Assembly (NCBI GenBank): GCA_036253495.1
Contig: GCA_036253495.1_4125.1
DNA: 64,000 nt
Origin: a phage
Direction: 5' to 3' (one strand)
Translations under genes and position numbers: made by a program
In this document: piece by piece, positions 29,577 to 38,625 of the stretch
How positions within the stretch are numbered: position 1 is the stretch's first letter
Layout: each line of letters starts with the position of its first letter
The notes under the pieces: generated by a model
The model's database searches: none
What the model was told of the DNA's origin: nothing
Seen by the model: only the letters and a program-made list of their open reading frames with translations

Positions 29577-30419
29577 ATGGCTAATTTAAAACTACTACAA
29601 GAAGCAATCGAAGCTTTTGCTAACGGCGAGCAAGATGTAGCTGATAAAAAAATGCGTAAGTACTTTGTTGAACAAGCACAAGAAATTAACAAAGAACTAG
29701 AAGAAAGCATGGACGACGAAGAATGCTGCGATGAAGACGACAAAGAAGAGAAACTAGAAGAAGACTTCGACGTTTCCCCAGATGCTGGTCTTAATAGTCA
29801 AATCGAATATTCTCTTGGTGAAGAAGACAAGAGTGCTGAAGATGATATCGAATTCCAAGCTGGTGAAGAAGATTCTGAAGGTGAAGTTGGTGCAGAAGGT
29901 GAAGAAGTCCCTTCCGAAGACCAATGGGCTTCCATTCAAGATGCTTTCCGTGGCCTACAACAAATGTTTGATGAAATCTCCGGCGAAGGTGAAGTTGACC
30001 TAGACGCTGAAGAACCAGTAGGTGGCGAAGAAGAAGTTGATCTAGAAGTTGGTTCCGAAGACGGCGGTGATGATTTCGCTGATGTTCAATTCGGTGATGA
30101 AAAAGTTGGTGAGTCTTTCAAACTAAAAGCAGTTGCTGATGTTGATAAGAAAGAAAAAGCTGGTGCAAATACTAAATCCCCAGTTGCTTCCCAAGCTAAA
30201 TCTCCAGTACAAGGCGTAGCTCCAGTAAAAATCGCTAAAAACTCAACTCCAGTAGTTGATGACAAATTTGATGGCGTAGATACTGAATCTCACACCGTAC
30301 CAGAAGATATGAATAATGTTATGGATAGCGGCAAAGGCGTAATGAAAGACGTTAAGAAAGTAACCACTGGTTCTTCTAAGTCTCGTTCCCCACTACCAAA
30401 ATCACAACCAAAATTCTAA
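29577..30419 (+). CDS. highly acidic prohead core/internal protein, tentative
   Basis: Start at ATG with GGAGGA RBS; Glu/Asp-rich; codon usage like other highly expressed late genes. Confidence 0.45.
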   Translation: MANLKLLQEAIEAFANGEQDVADKKMRKYFVEQAQEINKELEESMDDEECCDEDDKEEKLEEDFDVSPDAGLNSQIEYSLGEEDKSAEDDIEFQAGEEDSEGEVGAEGEEVPSEDQWASIQDAFRGLQQMFDEISGEGEVDLDAEEPVGGEEEVDLEVGSEDGGDDFADVQFGDEKVGESFKLKAVADVDKKEKAGANTKSPVASQAKSPVQGVAPVKIAKNSTPVVDDKFDGVDTESHTVPEDMNNVMDSGKGVMKDVKKVTTGSSKSRSPLPKSQPKF

Positions 30420-30449
30420 TAATAAATAAAACAAAGAAAGGAGATCATT

Positions 30450-31070
30450 ATGAGTATGATTCGTGAATGGTCTTCATTCAATGATTCACAAATTGTTATG
30501 GAACATCGTGATAATGGGCTGGGAGGTCGCGATTGCTATCTTCGTGGTATCGCAATTCAAGCTGACCAGCGTAATTTGAACGAAAGAATTTACCCTTTAG
30601 CCGAAATTGCTAAAGCTGTTAATAATATGGCTCAACGTTTGGCTAAAGGCGAAAGCATTCTAGTAGAATGTGACCACCCTGAAACTTTGACTATTAACCT
30701 TGACCGTGTAGCAGCAATGATTACTAAAGTCTGGATGGAAGGTTCTAATGGGATGGCAGAAATCAAATTACTTGATACTGCACATGGTCAAAATATTCGT
30801 AAAATGCTCGAAGCAGGTGTAAAACTTGGTGTAAGTTCTCGTGGTTCCGGTAACGTTGATTATAATGGAATAGTTTCTGATTTCGAAATTATCACAATTG
30901 ATATTGTTGCTCAACCTAGTGCTCCCGAAGCGTACCCAACAGCGGTATTTGAGTCTTTGATGAGTAAGTACGGCTCACCTTGCAATGGACCTAAAAAAAT
31001 CACAGAATCTAAATCAGTAAATAAACTAGATTCTGAAATTTATGATTTTTTCAAGAAATTAAAAGGTTAA
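30450..31070 (+). CDS. 21: prohead core protease (T4 gp21-like)
   Basis: 206 aa; position between portal and scaffold; LDTAHG and GVSSRGSG motifs typical of prohead protease family. Confidence 0.65.
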   Translation: MSMIREWSSFNDSQIVMEHRDNGLGGRDCYLRGIAIQADQRNLNERIYPLAEIAKAVNNMAQRLAKGESILVECDHPETLTINLDRVAAMITKVWMEGSNGMAEIKLLDTAHGQNIRKMLEAGVKLGVSSRGSGNVDYNGIVSDFEIITIDIVAQPSAPEAYPTAVFESLMSKYGSPCNGPKKITESKSVNKLDSEIYDFFKKLKG

Positions 31071-31138
31071 CATTTTAAAATTATAAATATTTGTATATTT
31101 GAAGTACAGATATTTCAGTACTTAAAGGAGAGAACAGA

Positions 31139-32257
31139 ATGTCTAAATTAGAAAAGCTTCTAAAAGAATCATCTCTTTCTGATGAAGCAAAACAGCTAAT
31201 TCAGGAAGCATGGAATGAAGAAAAGAACACACTAGCCGCTGAAATGCGTGAAGAAATGAAAGGCCGTTATAAACAAGACCTAGCTGAACTAACAGAAGGT
31301 CTTAACACTATGGTTACTCAAGTTATCGCTGAAGAAATGGGTGCAGTATATGACGAGAAAAAACGTCTCGTTGAAGACCGCGTTACCCTCCGTAAAACTC
31401 TTGGTAACTTCTCTGAATTCGCTAATTCAGTACTAGCTGAAGAAGTTAAACAAATGCGTAACGAACGTAAACTAGTTCAAGAAAGCCTCGGTAAATTCGT
31501 TAATTTCTCTAACGGTATCCTAGCTGAAGAACTAAAAGAATTCCACAGCGAAAAACGTCAACTAGTAGAAGCTCGTGTAAAACTACTTGCTGAAGGTTCT
31601 CGTCAAATTGCAGAAGCACGTAATAACTTTATCAAACGTACCTCTGAAAGTGCTGCTAAATATATTGCAGAAACCACTCAGAAAAATCTTTACGCTTTGA
31701 AACAAGATCTTGCTGAAGCTAAACAAAATATGTTCGGTCGTAAAATCTTTGAAGCATTTGCTCAAGAATTTAATACCAAACAATTTAATGAGAATTCACT
31801 ACTTCGTTCTTTGACTGAATCAATCAAATCTAAAGAAGATGAGATTGCTCAAGTTAAACAAGAACTAAATGAATCTGTTAACGCAGTTAAAGAAGTTCAA
31901 TCAAAACTACGTATCATGGAAGATACACAGGCACGCAATGCAATTATGTCTGAATTGGTTAAGCCTTTGACTAGTCAACAAAAACAAATTATGGAATCCC
32001 TTCTAGCTGCTTCTCCAACAGAAAAGCTTAAAGAAGATTTCAGCAAGTACCATAAGTCTGTACTTAACGGTACTAAAGTAAATGAATCTGCTACCACTCG
32101 TCAAGCAGTTCAACCTTCAGCGAAGAAAACAACCCTAGCAGAAGGTAAAGTAATCACTGGCAACCGTCAGGCTATTGTTGAAAGCGAAGAAATGACCGCT
32201 GACGATATGGCATTCCTAAAAGAACTCGACGTTCTTTCTGGTATCAATAAAAAATAA
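31139..32257 (+). CDS. 22: prohead scaffold protein (T4 gp22-like), coiled-coil with internal repeats
   Basis: Charged, helical sequence with a repeating unit of about 37 aa (LAEE.K...R.LVE...LG.F..F.N); TATAAATA late promoter at 31082-31089; position before capsid gene. Confidence 0.6.
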   Translation: MSKLEKLLKESSLSDEAKQLIQEAWNEEKNTLAAEMREEMKGRYKQDLAELTEGLNTMVTQVIAEEMGAVYDEKKRLVEDRVTLRKTLGNFSEFANSVLAEEVKQMRNERKLVQESLGKFVNFSNGILAEELKEFHSEKRQLVEARVKLLAEGSRQIAEARNNFIKRTSESAAKYIAETTQKNLYALKQDLAEAKQNMFGRKIFEAFAQEFNTKQFNENSLLRSLTESIKSKEDEIAQVKQELNESVNAVKEVQSKLRIMEDTQARNAIMSELVKPLTSQQKQIMESLLAASPTEKLKEDFSKYHKSVLNGTKVNESATTRQAVQPSAKKTTLAEGKVITGNRQAIVESEEMTADDMAFLKELDVLSGINKK

Positions 32258-32349
32258 ACATTTTAAAGCATTTTAATAATCAATTTTTTCAGTACCATAA
32301 ATAATAACATACTGAAAAACGAATATAACATCTTTAAGGAGATAATATA

Positions 32350-33525
32350 ATGTCACAACTACTAAATGAATCCAAATGGGTAGCAGTTAAAGAGAAACTA
32401 GTTGAAGGTCTTCAAGGTACTCGTAAATCCGTAATGGAAACCGTTCTTGATAACCATCGTAAAGTTATGCTACAAGAATCTGCAACCGCTGGTGCAACTT
32501 CTGCTGGTAACATCGCTACTCTAAACAAAGTGATTCTACCAATTATGCGTCGTGTAATGCCAACCGTTATCGCTAACGAAATCATCGGTGTTCAACCAAT
32601 GACTGGCCCAGTTGGTCAAATCCACACTCTACGTGTTCAATACGCTGACAACGCACCAGGTGTTGTAGCTGGCGAAGAAATGCTATCTCCATTCAAGATT
32701 GCTAAATCTTACACTGGTGAGCTAAACTCTGACAACAGCAACCCACAAGCTGCTCCTACTAGCCAACTAGAAGGTACTATGGGTCGTCGCGTTAACATCC
32801 GTATCCTACGTGAAACTGTTGAAGCGAAATCTCGTCGTCTATCTGCACGCTGGACTGTTGAATCTGCACAAGATGCACAATCTCAACATGGTATCGACGT
32901 TGAAGCTGAACTAATGGCTGCTATTGCACAAGAAGTTACCGTTGAAATCGACCAAGAACTACTAAGCCGTCTACGTGCACTACCTGGTGCTGCTGCTGTA
33001 ACTTATGACCAATCTAAAGTTACTGGCGTTGCAACCTTCGTAGGTGATGAGCACGCTGCTCTAGCTACCCTAATCAACCGTCAAGCGAACGAAGTTGCTC
33101 GTCGTACCAAACGTGGTGCTGCGAACTGGGCTGTTGTTTCCCCAACCGCTCTAACTATTCTACAATCTGCAACTACTTCTAGCTTTGCACGTACTACTGA
33201 AGGTACTTTTGAAGCACCAACTAACGTTAAATTCGTTGGTACTCTAAACAGCACCATGCGTATCTTCGTTGATACCTATGCTTCAGATGTTGAAGATATC
33301 CTAATCGGTTACAAAGGTAATGCAGAAACTGACGCTGGTGTTTTCTACTGCCCATACATCCCATTGATGGCATCTGGTACTGTTATGGACCCTAACACTG
33401 GAGAACTCGTTACAACCTTCTTGACACGCTATGGCTACGTCCAGCTAACAGATTCTACTAGTTCACTAGGTAATGCAGCAGATTATTATTCTAAAATTGC
33501 TATCAAAAACGTTACTTTCATGTAA
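32350..33525 (+). CDS. 23: major capsid protein (gp23-like, compact 391-aa form)
   Basis: IANEIIGVQPMTGPVGQIHTLR, IEAKSRRLSA and YKGNAETDAGVFYCPYIPL align with T4 gp23 IAFDICGVQPMNSPTGQVFALR, IEAKSRQLKA, YKGPNEMDAGIYYAPYVAL. Confidence 0.9.
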   Translation: MSQLLNESKWVAVKEKLVEGLQGTRKSVMETVLDNHRKVMLQESATAGATSAGNIATLNKVILPIMRRVMPTVIANEIIGVQPMTGPVGQIHTLRVQYADNAPGVVAGEEMLSPFKIAKSYTGELNSDNSNPQAAPTSQLEGTMGRRVNIRILRETVEAKSRRLSARWTVESAQDAQSQHGIDVEAELMAAIAQEVTVEIDQELLSRLRALPGAAAVTYDQSKVTGVATFVGDEHAALATLINRQANEVARRTKRGAANWAVVSPTALTILQSATTSSFARTTEGTFEAPTNVKFVGTLNSTMRIFVDTYASDVEDILIGYKGNAETDAGVFYCPYIPLMASGTVMDPNTGELVTTFLTRYGYVQLTDSTSSLGNAADYYSKIAIKNVTFM

Positions 33526-33580
33526 TTTACAAAAAAGTAGAAAAAAGCAAAAACACAGAATTAAATTCTTTTCAAAAAAA

Positions 33581-33612
33581 GGGACTCTTCGGAGTCCCTT
33601 TTCTTTTTTTTC
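33581..33612 (+). terminator. rho-independent terminator after capsid gene
   Basis: GGGACTC-TTCG-GAGTCCC hairpin followed by a T-rich run; A-run upstream. Confidence 0.7.
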
Positions 33613-33621
33613 AAAAAAGTG

Positions 33622-33650
33622 TTGACATAGATCCTAGAAATAGATATAAT
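33622..33650 (+). promoter_or_regulatory. consensus sigma70 promoter (TTGACA-17 nt-TATAAT)
   Basis: Exact -35 and -10 hexamers with 17-nt spacer, about 35 nt upstream of ATG 33686. Confidence 0.7.
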
Positions 33651-33685
33651 ACGCGTATAGTAATTAATGTATAGGATATGAAGAA

Positions 33686-34825
33686 ATGAACAAAGAGCGG
33701 TTTGTTGAAAGTATGAATGAAAAGTATTCGTCATTGGGAATTAACGGTGACTTTGATTTCTCAAATTTAGTTTTTAAGACAAGTAAGATGACCGTAAAAT
33801 GTAACCACTGTGGTAAAGAAAACACAAAAAGTGCATTACGCCATTTGGAATGTACCTGCAAATGTTATTCAAATCTTTCACAGAAAATATCAAAAGACGA
33901 ATTTATTGATAGAATGAATGAAAAATTTGGTGTTGGTGTTTATAAATTTGATAAACTTTTCTTTTTGAATGTTAGGGATGTTATTGAAGTATACTGTTCC
34001 AAACACGAAGGATACTTTAAAACAACCCCATACAATATGAGTCGTAGTGTGAATGGGTGTAACATTTGCATTCCAAATAAAAAAATGAATCATGATGAAT
34101 TTGTTTATAGATGTAACGCGTTATATCCGTATTTGGATTTTAACCGAGTTGATGAAAATGGTGATAAAATAACAAAATTTGTAGGAACAACAAAGTATAT
34201 AAAAGTATGGTGTAATAGACATAATGGAATTTGGGATGTTTATGCAAATACTTTGTTGAAAGGTAAAAATCATTGTGGTATATGTACCGGACGCAAACTT
34301 AGAACCAAAGAACAATTTGTAGAATTAGCATCTAAGATTCATGATAACAAATATGATTATTCAGAAGTTGAATATAAAAATAGTGAACATAAGGTGAAAA
34401 TTATTTGTACAGAATGTAATGAATCATTTTCACAACAGCCAAAAGCTCACTTATCTGGTAGAGGGTGTCCGGTATGTGGGAAGTATGGATATCAACAAAA
34501 TAAGCCAGGTTATTTTTATATACAAAAATTAACTCCAAAAAATATAAATGAAGTAGCAATTTATAAAATTGGAATTACTGGAGATTTATTCAGAAGAATG
34601 TATGAACAATCTCTACATTCAGAATATTTTCATGAGTTTATCAGAACTGAATTCTTTAGTGATGGTATAAAACCACTGGAGTTAGAAACACTTATAAAAA
34701 AAACTATTACATGTGGAATAATAACAGAAAATGAATTACAAGATGGATTTAGTGAAACGATTTCATCAAATGATGTTTATGAAGTTCACAAAATCGTAAA
34801 TAAATTTATAGAGAGTGAAAAATGA
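33686..34825 (+). CDS. GIY-YIG-like (T5orf172-type) protein with three N-terminal zinc-ribbon-like repeats; probable freestanding homing-endonuclease-like gene
   Basis: Three modules of about 75 aa ending in C..H...G.GC..C; C-terminal GYFYIQKL...IYKIGITGDLFRR fits the GIY-YIG/T5orf172 pattern. Confidence 0.5.
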   Translation: MNKERFVESMNEKYSSLGINGDFDFSNLVFKTSKMTVKCNHCGKENTKSALRHLECTCKCYSNLSQKISKDEFIDRMNEKFGVGVYKFDKLFFLNVRDVIEVYCSKHEGYFKTTPYNMSRSVNGCNICIPNKKMNHDEFVYRCNALYPYLDFNRVDENGDKITKFVGTTKYIKVWCNRHNGIWDVYANTLLKGKNHCGICTGRKLRTKEQFVELASKIHDNKYDYSEVEYKNSEHKVKIICTECNESFSQQPKAHLSGRGCPVCGKYGYQQNKPGYFYIQKLTPKNINEVAIYKIGITGDLFRRMYEQSLHSEYFHEFIRTEFFSDGIKPLELETLIKKTITCGIITENELQDGFSETISSNDVYEVHKIVNKFIESEK

Positions 34826-35319
34826 AATATAAAAATTTACAAAAAATGAAATATTATGCTGTTCTTCATGGCGAAGAAGGGGATGACTGGGCTTTTTATA
34901 ATTATGATAAATTAGTTGAAGGATATGCTTATAATTTTGATGATGATTATTATCAATTAAGAATTCAATATGATGAATATATAATATTTTCTGACAATTT
35001 CTGCACTAACTCAACTTCCATTGGTATTGGATCTATCAAAAATGAACTTACAAATCAAATAGTAAAGTGTAGAAATAAATCAAATGAAGTTATTGTGTAT
35101 ACGGAAGGTGCAAACTATTCATCTGGTATGAAACTGATCGGACGACCTAATTTCGATAGTACTGACGAACTATTTCAAATATCAACAGTATGTAATATTG
35201 ATTGGGATAAAGTCAAAGAAGCATTTCGTATATTGGATGAATTGAATGAGATAATCAATTTTAAATATTATCTAACTAAACCATCTGAATCTCTAGAATT
35301 AACTAATTTACCGAAATAA
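34822..35319 (+). CDS. hypothetical protein
   Basis: 165-aa ORF, start overlaps preceding stop. Confidence 0.4.
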   Translation: MKYKNLQKMKYYAVLHGEEGDDWAFYNYDKLVEGYAYNFDDDYYQLRIQYDEYIIFSDNFCTNSTSIGIGSIKNELTNQIVKCRNKSNEVIVYTEGANYSSGMKLIGRPNFDSTDELFQISTVCNIDWDKVKEAFRILDELNEIINFKYYLTKPSESLELTNLPK

Positions 35320-35339
35320 CAATAAGGAGGTTAACACGG

Positions 35340-35690
35340 ATGTTAACTGTATACATTTTTAAAAAAGAAGAGTACTTAAAGAGTCAGTACTCAAAAATTG
35401 AGATCAATGTTCCTTATGGAACGTTGGTGGGTTATGATGAGGCTACGGAGACGTTGTATTACAATGATGATCGTCTGGATTACAGTACTGATCATTTTAT
35501 AGAAGATATATTGAGTACTGATTCAGAAGACATGTTGTATGAAGAATATATTGACAAATACAAAGAACGCATGTCGAAGTTACATGCTGATGCTCCAGTA
35601 CTGAACACTCCTAAAACCCCATCCGAGTTTGATCCTCAAAATCCATTTCAACGCCTGATAGATGCGGGTGTAAACTTCAGAATTAGTTAA
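35340..35690 (+). CDS. hypothetical acidic protein
   Basis: 116-aa ORF with GGAGG RBS. Confidence 0.45.
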   Translation: MLTVYIFKKEEYLKSQYSKIEINVPYGTLVGYDEATETLYYNDDRLDYSTDHFIEDILSTDSEDMLYEEYIDKYKERMSKLHADAPVLNTPKTPSEFDPQNPFQRLIDAGVNFRIS

Positions 35691-35720
35691 TAATAAATAT
35701 CTCCATACTAGGAGATATCT

Positions 35721-36029
35721 ATGTCACAAATATGTTATGTAATCACTAATAGTGCATGGCCTGAATATGTAAAGATAGGCTTCACTACAAAATCAGAGAT
35801 GAAAGAGCGTTTAGGTGTTTACCAGACTGCTTCACCATTCAGGGATTTTGAGGTATACCATCAGGTTATGTTTGACGATGCACGAACAGCAGAAAAGGAA
35901 GTGCATAAGAGATTAAAGCAAATGAATGCAACAAGGCAACCTAACTCTGAATGGTTCAAGATGCCTAAAAAGTTAGCTGCAAATATTATTGATTCCGTAT
36001 TGGATGATATGGAAAATGATTTACTATAG
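35721..36029 (+). CDS. small T5orf172/GIY-YIG-like domain protein
   Basis: 102 aa; CYVITN...YVKIGFTT...R...E..VH..L...SEWF pattern. Confidence 0.5.
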   Translation: MSQICYVITNSAWPEYVKIGFTTKSEMKERLGVYQTASPFRDFEVYHQVMFDDARTAEKEVHKRLKQMNATRQPNSEWFKMPKKLAANIIDSVLDDMENDLL

Positions 36030-36069
36030 ATATAAATATGATATATATTAAACAAAAAAGGATTTTTAC

Positions 36070-37680
36070 ATGAGCATAAGTTTTAATCATCCACAGAATA
36101 CTGTAACCAGTACTGCGGAAAATGGTTCATTGAATCTAATAGTACTAGGTGGTACACCAACTAATCCTCGACCAATTAGAATGAATTCTTCATCGGTAAT
36201 ACTACCTGTTCAGGATTTGCCTGTTGGTGAAGCAGGGGCGATAGTATTTGACAAAAACACTCTTACTTTGAAGTATCATGATGGTACTAACTGGATTGAA
36301 ATGTTAAGTGCTGCCGATGTAGTTGCACCAATTGAACAACAGATTCAGGATATCAATTCTATACTTGGAACTAAGGTTGATAGAGTAACCTATTCAATGT
36401 CATCAATTCCAACTGCTTCTATTAGCGGAACTACATTGAATATTATATTCCCAACACCTTCATCAATTCAAGGTGCTAATGGTTTGTACACGAGTGCTAA
36501 ACCTGGATGTATTATGCATTATAGCTTGACATCTGGACAAACCGTTGCTAGTATACGTGAACAAATGTCGGGTAGTACTGGTGGACAGAGTGGTCGTGAC
36601 GGCTCCCAAGCTAAACCGTGGAAAACATCCGATGGTTGGTGTTTTGCTGATGGTATGTGGTGGCAGTGGCAAGGTGCTAATGGTACAATAACCAAACAAG
36701 TACCAAACTTGAACCGTGATGGATATTTAAGAAGTATCACCACTAGTGGTATAACCAAAACTGACGCAATGATAGCAGGTGGTGGTTCATTAACACCGAG
36801 TACTTTCACTATTCCAGACCACATTCATGGGACTGGTAAAATGTTAGGTACTAACGGTAGTGATGCGGATGATGCTGTTTTCATTAGTGGTAGAGCATGG
36901 AATGATGGCAGAGGCTATCGTGGTCCTGCAATCTTTGGTGATAAGAATGCCCGTATGGAGTTTAGTGTAGATGGTAACAATGCAGCAACTGCATTATCAA
37001 CTTCACAACCAATTTATGATGATGCGAATGCACGCACAATAACCCATAACCATACAGTAACAGGTATTGACGTACCACACTTTAACACTGCAATTTTGTA
37101 TAACATTTCCGAACCATCAGTTGCGATGAGCGAAAATACTGCAAATGGTCGTTTTGTTCGTAAAACTGGTGATACAATGTCTGGTGAATTATACATTGCT
37201 AACCGTGCTGGTATTCGTGGTGGTGGTGATTTGTACTTATTCTTCCAGAACGCTAGTGGTGGTGAACGTGCCGCAGTATACTTCCAAGGTAATGAACTAA
37301 GACTTCGTGCTGGTGGTGGTGCTGTAACAGTTAACAGTGGTGGTTCTTTGTATATACCAGGTTCATTAACAGTTAACGCAGCATCAGCAACTGTCGGAAC
37401 GAAACATATAGTACGTTCTGTTAACGGCTCAACTGCTGGTTCTGATGGTAATGTAAATATATCTGTCGGATCAGTACAAGATGTACGTTTTTTCAATCAA
37501 GATTATTATTGGCCGGGTGGTAATGAGTTATCATGGCACTTTGTGTGTCCATCAGGTGCAGTACTAAGTGGTATAAATGTACAAGATGTTGGTAAAAACT
37601 CTGCTGATAACATTGGTGGTGTGAATTATAAATTTATACAAATTTTGGTTGATGGTAGCTGGAGAAATATAAACGGATAA
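36070..37680 (+). CDS. tail-fiber-like protein (putative receptor-binding protein)
   Basis: 536 aa, Gly-rich; RKTGDTMSGELYI motif of the kind seen in phage tail fibres; TATAAATA at 36031-36038 upstream. Confidence 0.55.
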   Translation: MSISFNHPQNTVTSTAENGSLNLIVLGGTPTNPRPIRMNSSSVILPVQDLPVGEAGAIVFDKNTLTLKYHDGTNWIEMLSAADVVAPIEQQIQDINSILGTKVDRVTYSMSSIPTASISGTTLNIIFPTPSSIQGANGLYTSAKPGCIMHYSLTSGQTVASIREQMSGSTGGQSGRDGSQAKPWKTSDGWCFADGMWWQWQGANGTITKQVPNLNRDGYLRSITTSGITKTDAMIAGGGSLTPSTFTIPDHIHGTGKMLGTNGSDADDAVFISGRAWNDGRGYRGPAIFGDKNARMEFSVDGNNAATALSTSQPIYDDANARTITHNHTVTGIDVPHFNTAILYNISEPSVAMSENTANGRFVRKTGDTMSGELYIANRAGIRGGGDLYLFFQNASGGERAAVYFQGNELRLRAGGGAVTVNSGGSLYIPGSLTVNAASATVGTKHIVRSVNGSTAGSDGNVNISVGSVQDVRFFNQDYYWPGGNELSWHFVCPSGAVLSGINVQDVGKNSADNIGGVNYKFIQILVDGSWRNING

Positions 37681-37683
37681 TTT

Positions 37684-38139
37684 ATGATAACTTTAAAAAA
37701 TTTTAAATCATATGAAGGTAATGACCCTAAATTAAAAAAATTAAATGTTGCTTTTTTAATTTCAGAATGTGGAATGGATTGGTATGATTCTCAAAAATTA
37801 TTTTCCGAAAATACAATGAAAATTGTGGTTGATAAAAATAATATAGTTTGCAATGCAACACGTGATATTACTATGATGTATCCAGTGGATGCTAGTGTAT
37901 ATGAAATTGAATATGATGGTGATGGACATGAACTAAGAGGAAAAATATATCATGAAGAAGATGGCACTTTTTCTGAAAGACCACCTCGTAAACCTACCCC
38001 ACAACAAATATTCAATGATTTGAGTGAACGTAAAAAAGTACTGGACATGAAGAAAGAATTCGATATGTTGAGCACTGAAGAAGCTGCTGAGTACGAGAAG
38101 CTAATCTCTGATCTTAAAGAAGTTTTAAACCTTCTTTAA
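37684..38139 (+). CDS. hypothetical protein, possible tail-fiber assembly/chaperone partner
   Basis: 151-aa ORF starting 4 nt after the fibre gene stop. Confidence 0.3.
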   Translation: MITLKNFKSYEGNDPKLKKLNVAFLISECGMDWYDSQKLFSENTMKIVVDKNNIVCNATRDITMMYPVDASVYEIEYDGDGHELRGKIYHEEDGTFSERPPRKPTPQQIFNDLSERKKVLDMKKEFDMLSTEEAAEYEKLISDLKEVLNLL

Positions 38140-38237
38140 AAATTTGGGACACATTGAGAAGTACTGATATAATAGAGACATTCCACGAGGAACATTGTGG
38201 AGTGTCTATTTTTTCATTAACACATGGAGATACAACA

Positions 38238-38540
38238 ATGGCTAAGTCTAAAAAAGAAGCAAAAGTAGAAATTCGTGACCTAAACGACGAACAACGTAAA
38301 CGTCTAAGTGATGGTCTAAACAATGCAGTGGTACAGCTAACCTTTATTGATGATACCAAAGCTTCCTATACTGATTTCATCAACTCTCTTTCTGATGAGC
38401 TAGGTATTGATGCATCCGATATCAAACAAGCTGCACAACGCATTTACAAAGGCGATTACTTTGATAAGCAAAACAAACTAGACAACATCGAAACTATCCT
38501 AAGCGTAACTAATAATCTACCACAAGCTGATGATTATTAA
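38238..38540 (+). CDS. hypothetical small protein
   Basis: Start moved from track 38154 to ATG with GGAGA RBS, because the TGATATAAT promoter at 38165-38173 lies inside the longer ORF. Confidence 0.45.
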   Translation: MAKSKKEAKVEIRDLNDEQRKRLSDGLNNAVVQLTFIDDTKASYTDFINSLSDELGIDASDIKQAAQRIYKGDYFDKQNKLDNIETILSVTNNLPQADDY

Positions 38541-38566
38541 TCAGTACTGAATACTTAAAAATTTAT

Positions 38567-38598
38567 GAGCCTCCAATGTTGGGGGCTTTTATTTTAAC
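38567..38598 (+). terminator. rho-independent terminator
   Basis: AGCCTCC-AATGTT-GGGGGCT hairpin followed by TTTTATTTT. Confidence 0.55.
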
Positions 38599-38625
38599 TT
38601 AATACAATGTAAAGGAATACAATAG

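Noticed and set aside
38154-38237. Longer N-terminus for the 38154..38540 ORF
   Set aside because: The TGATATAAT promoter lies inside that extension; the ATG at 38238 has a proper RBS.
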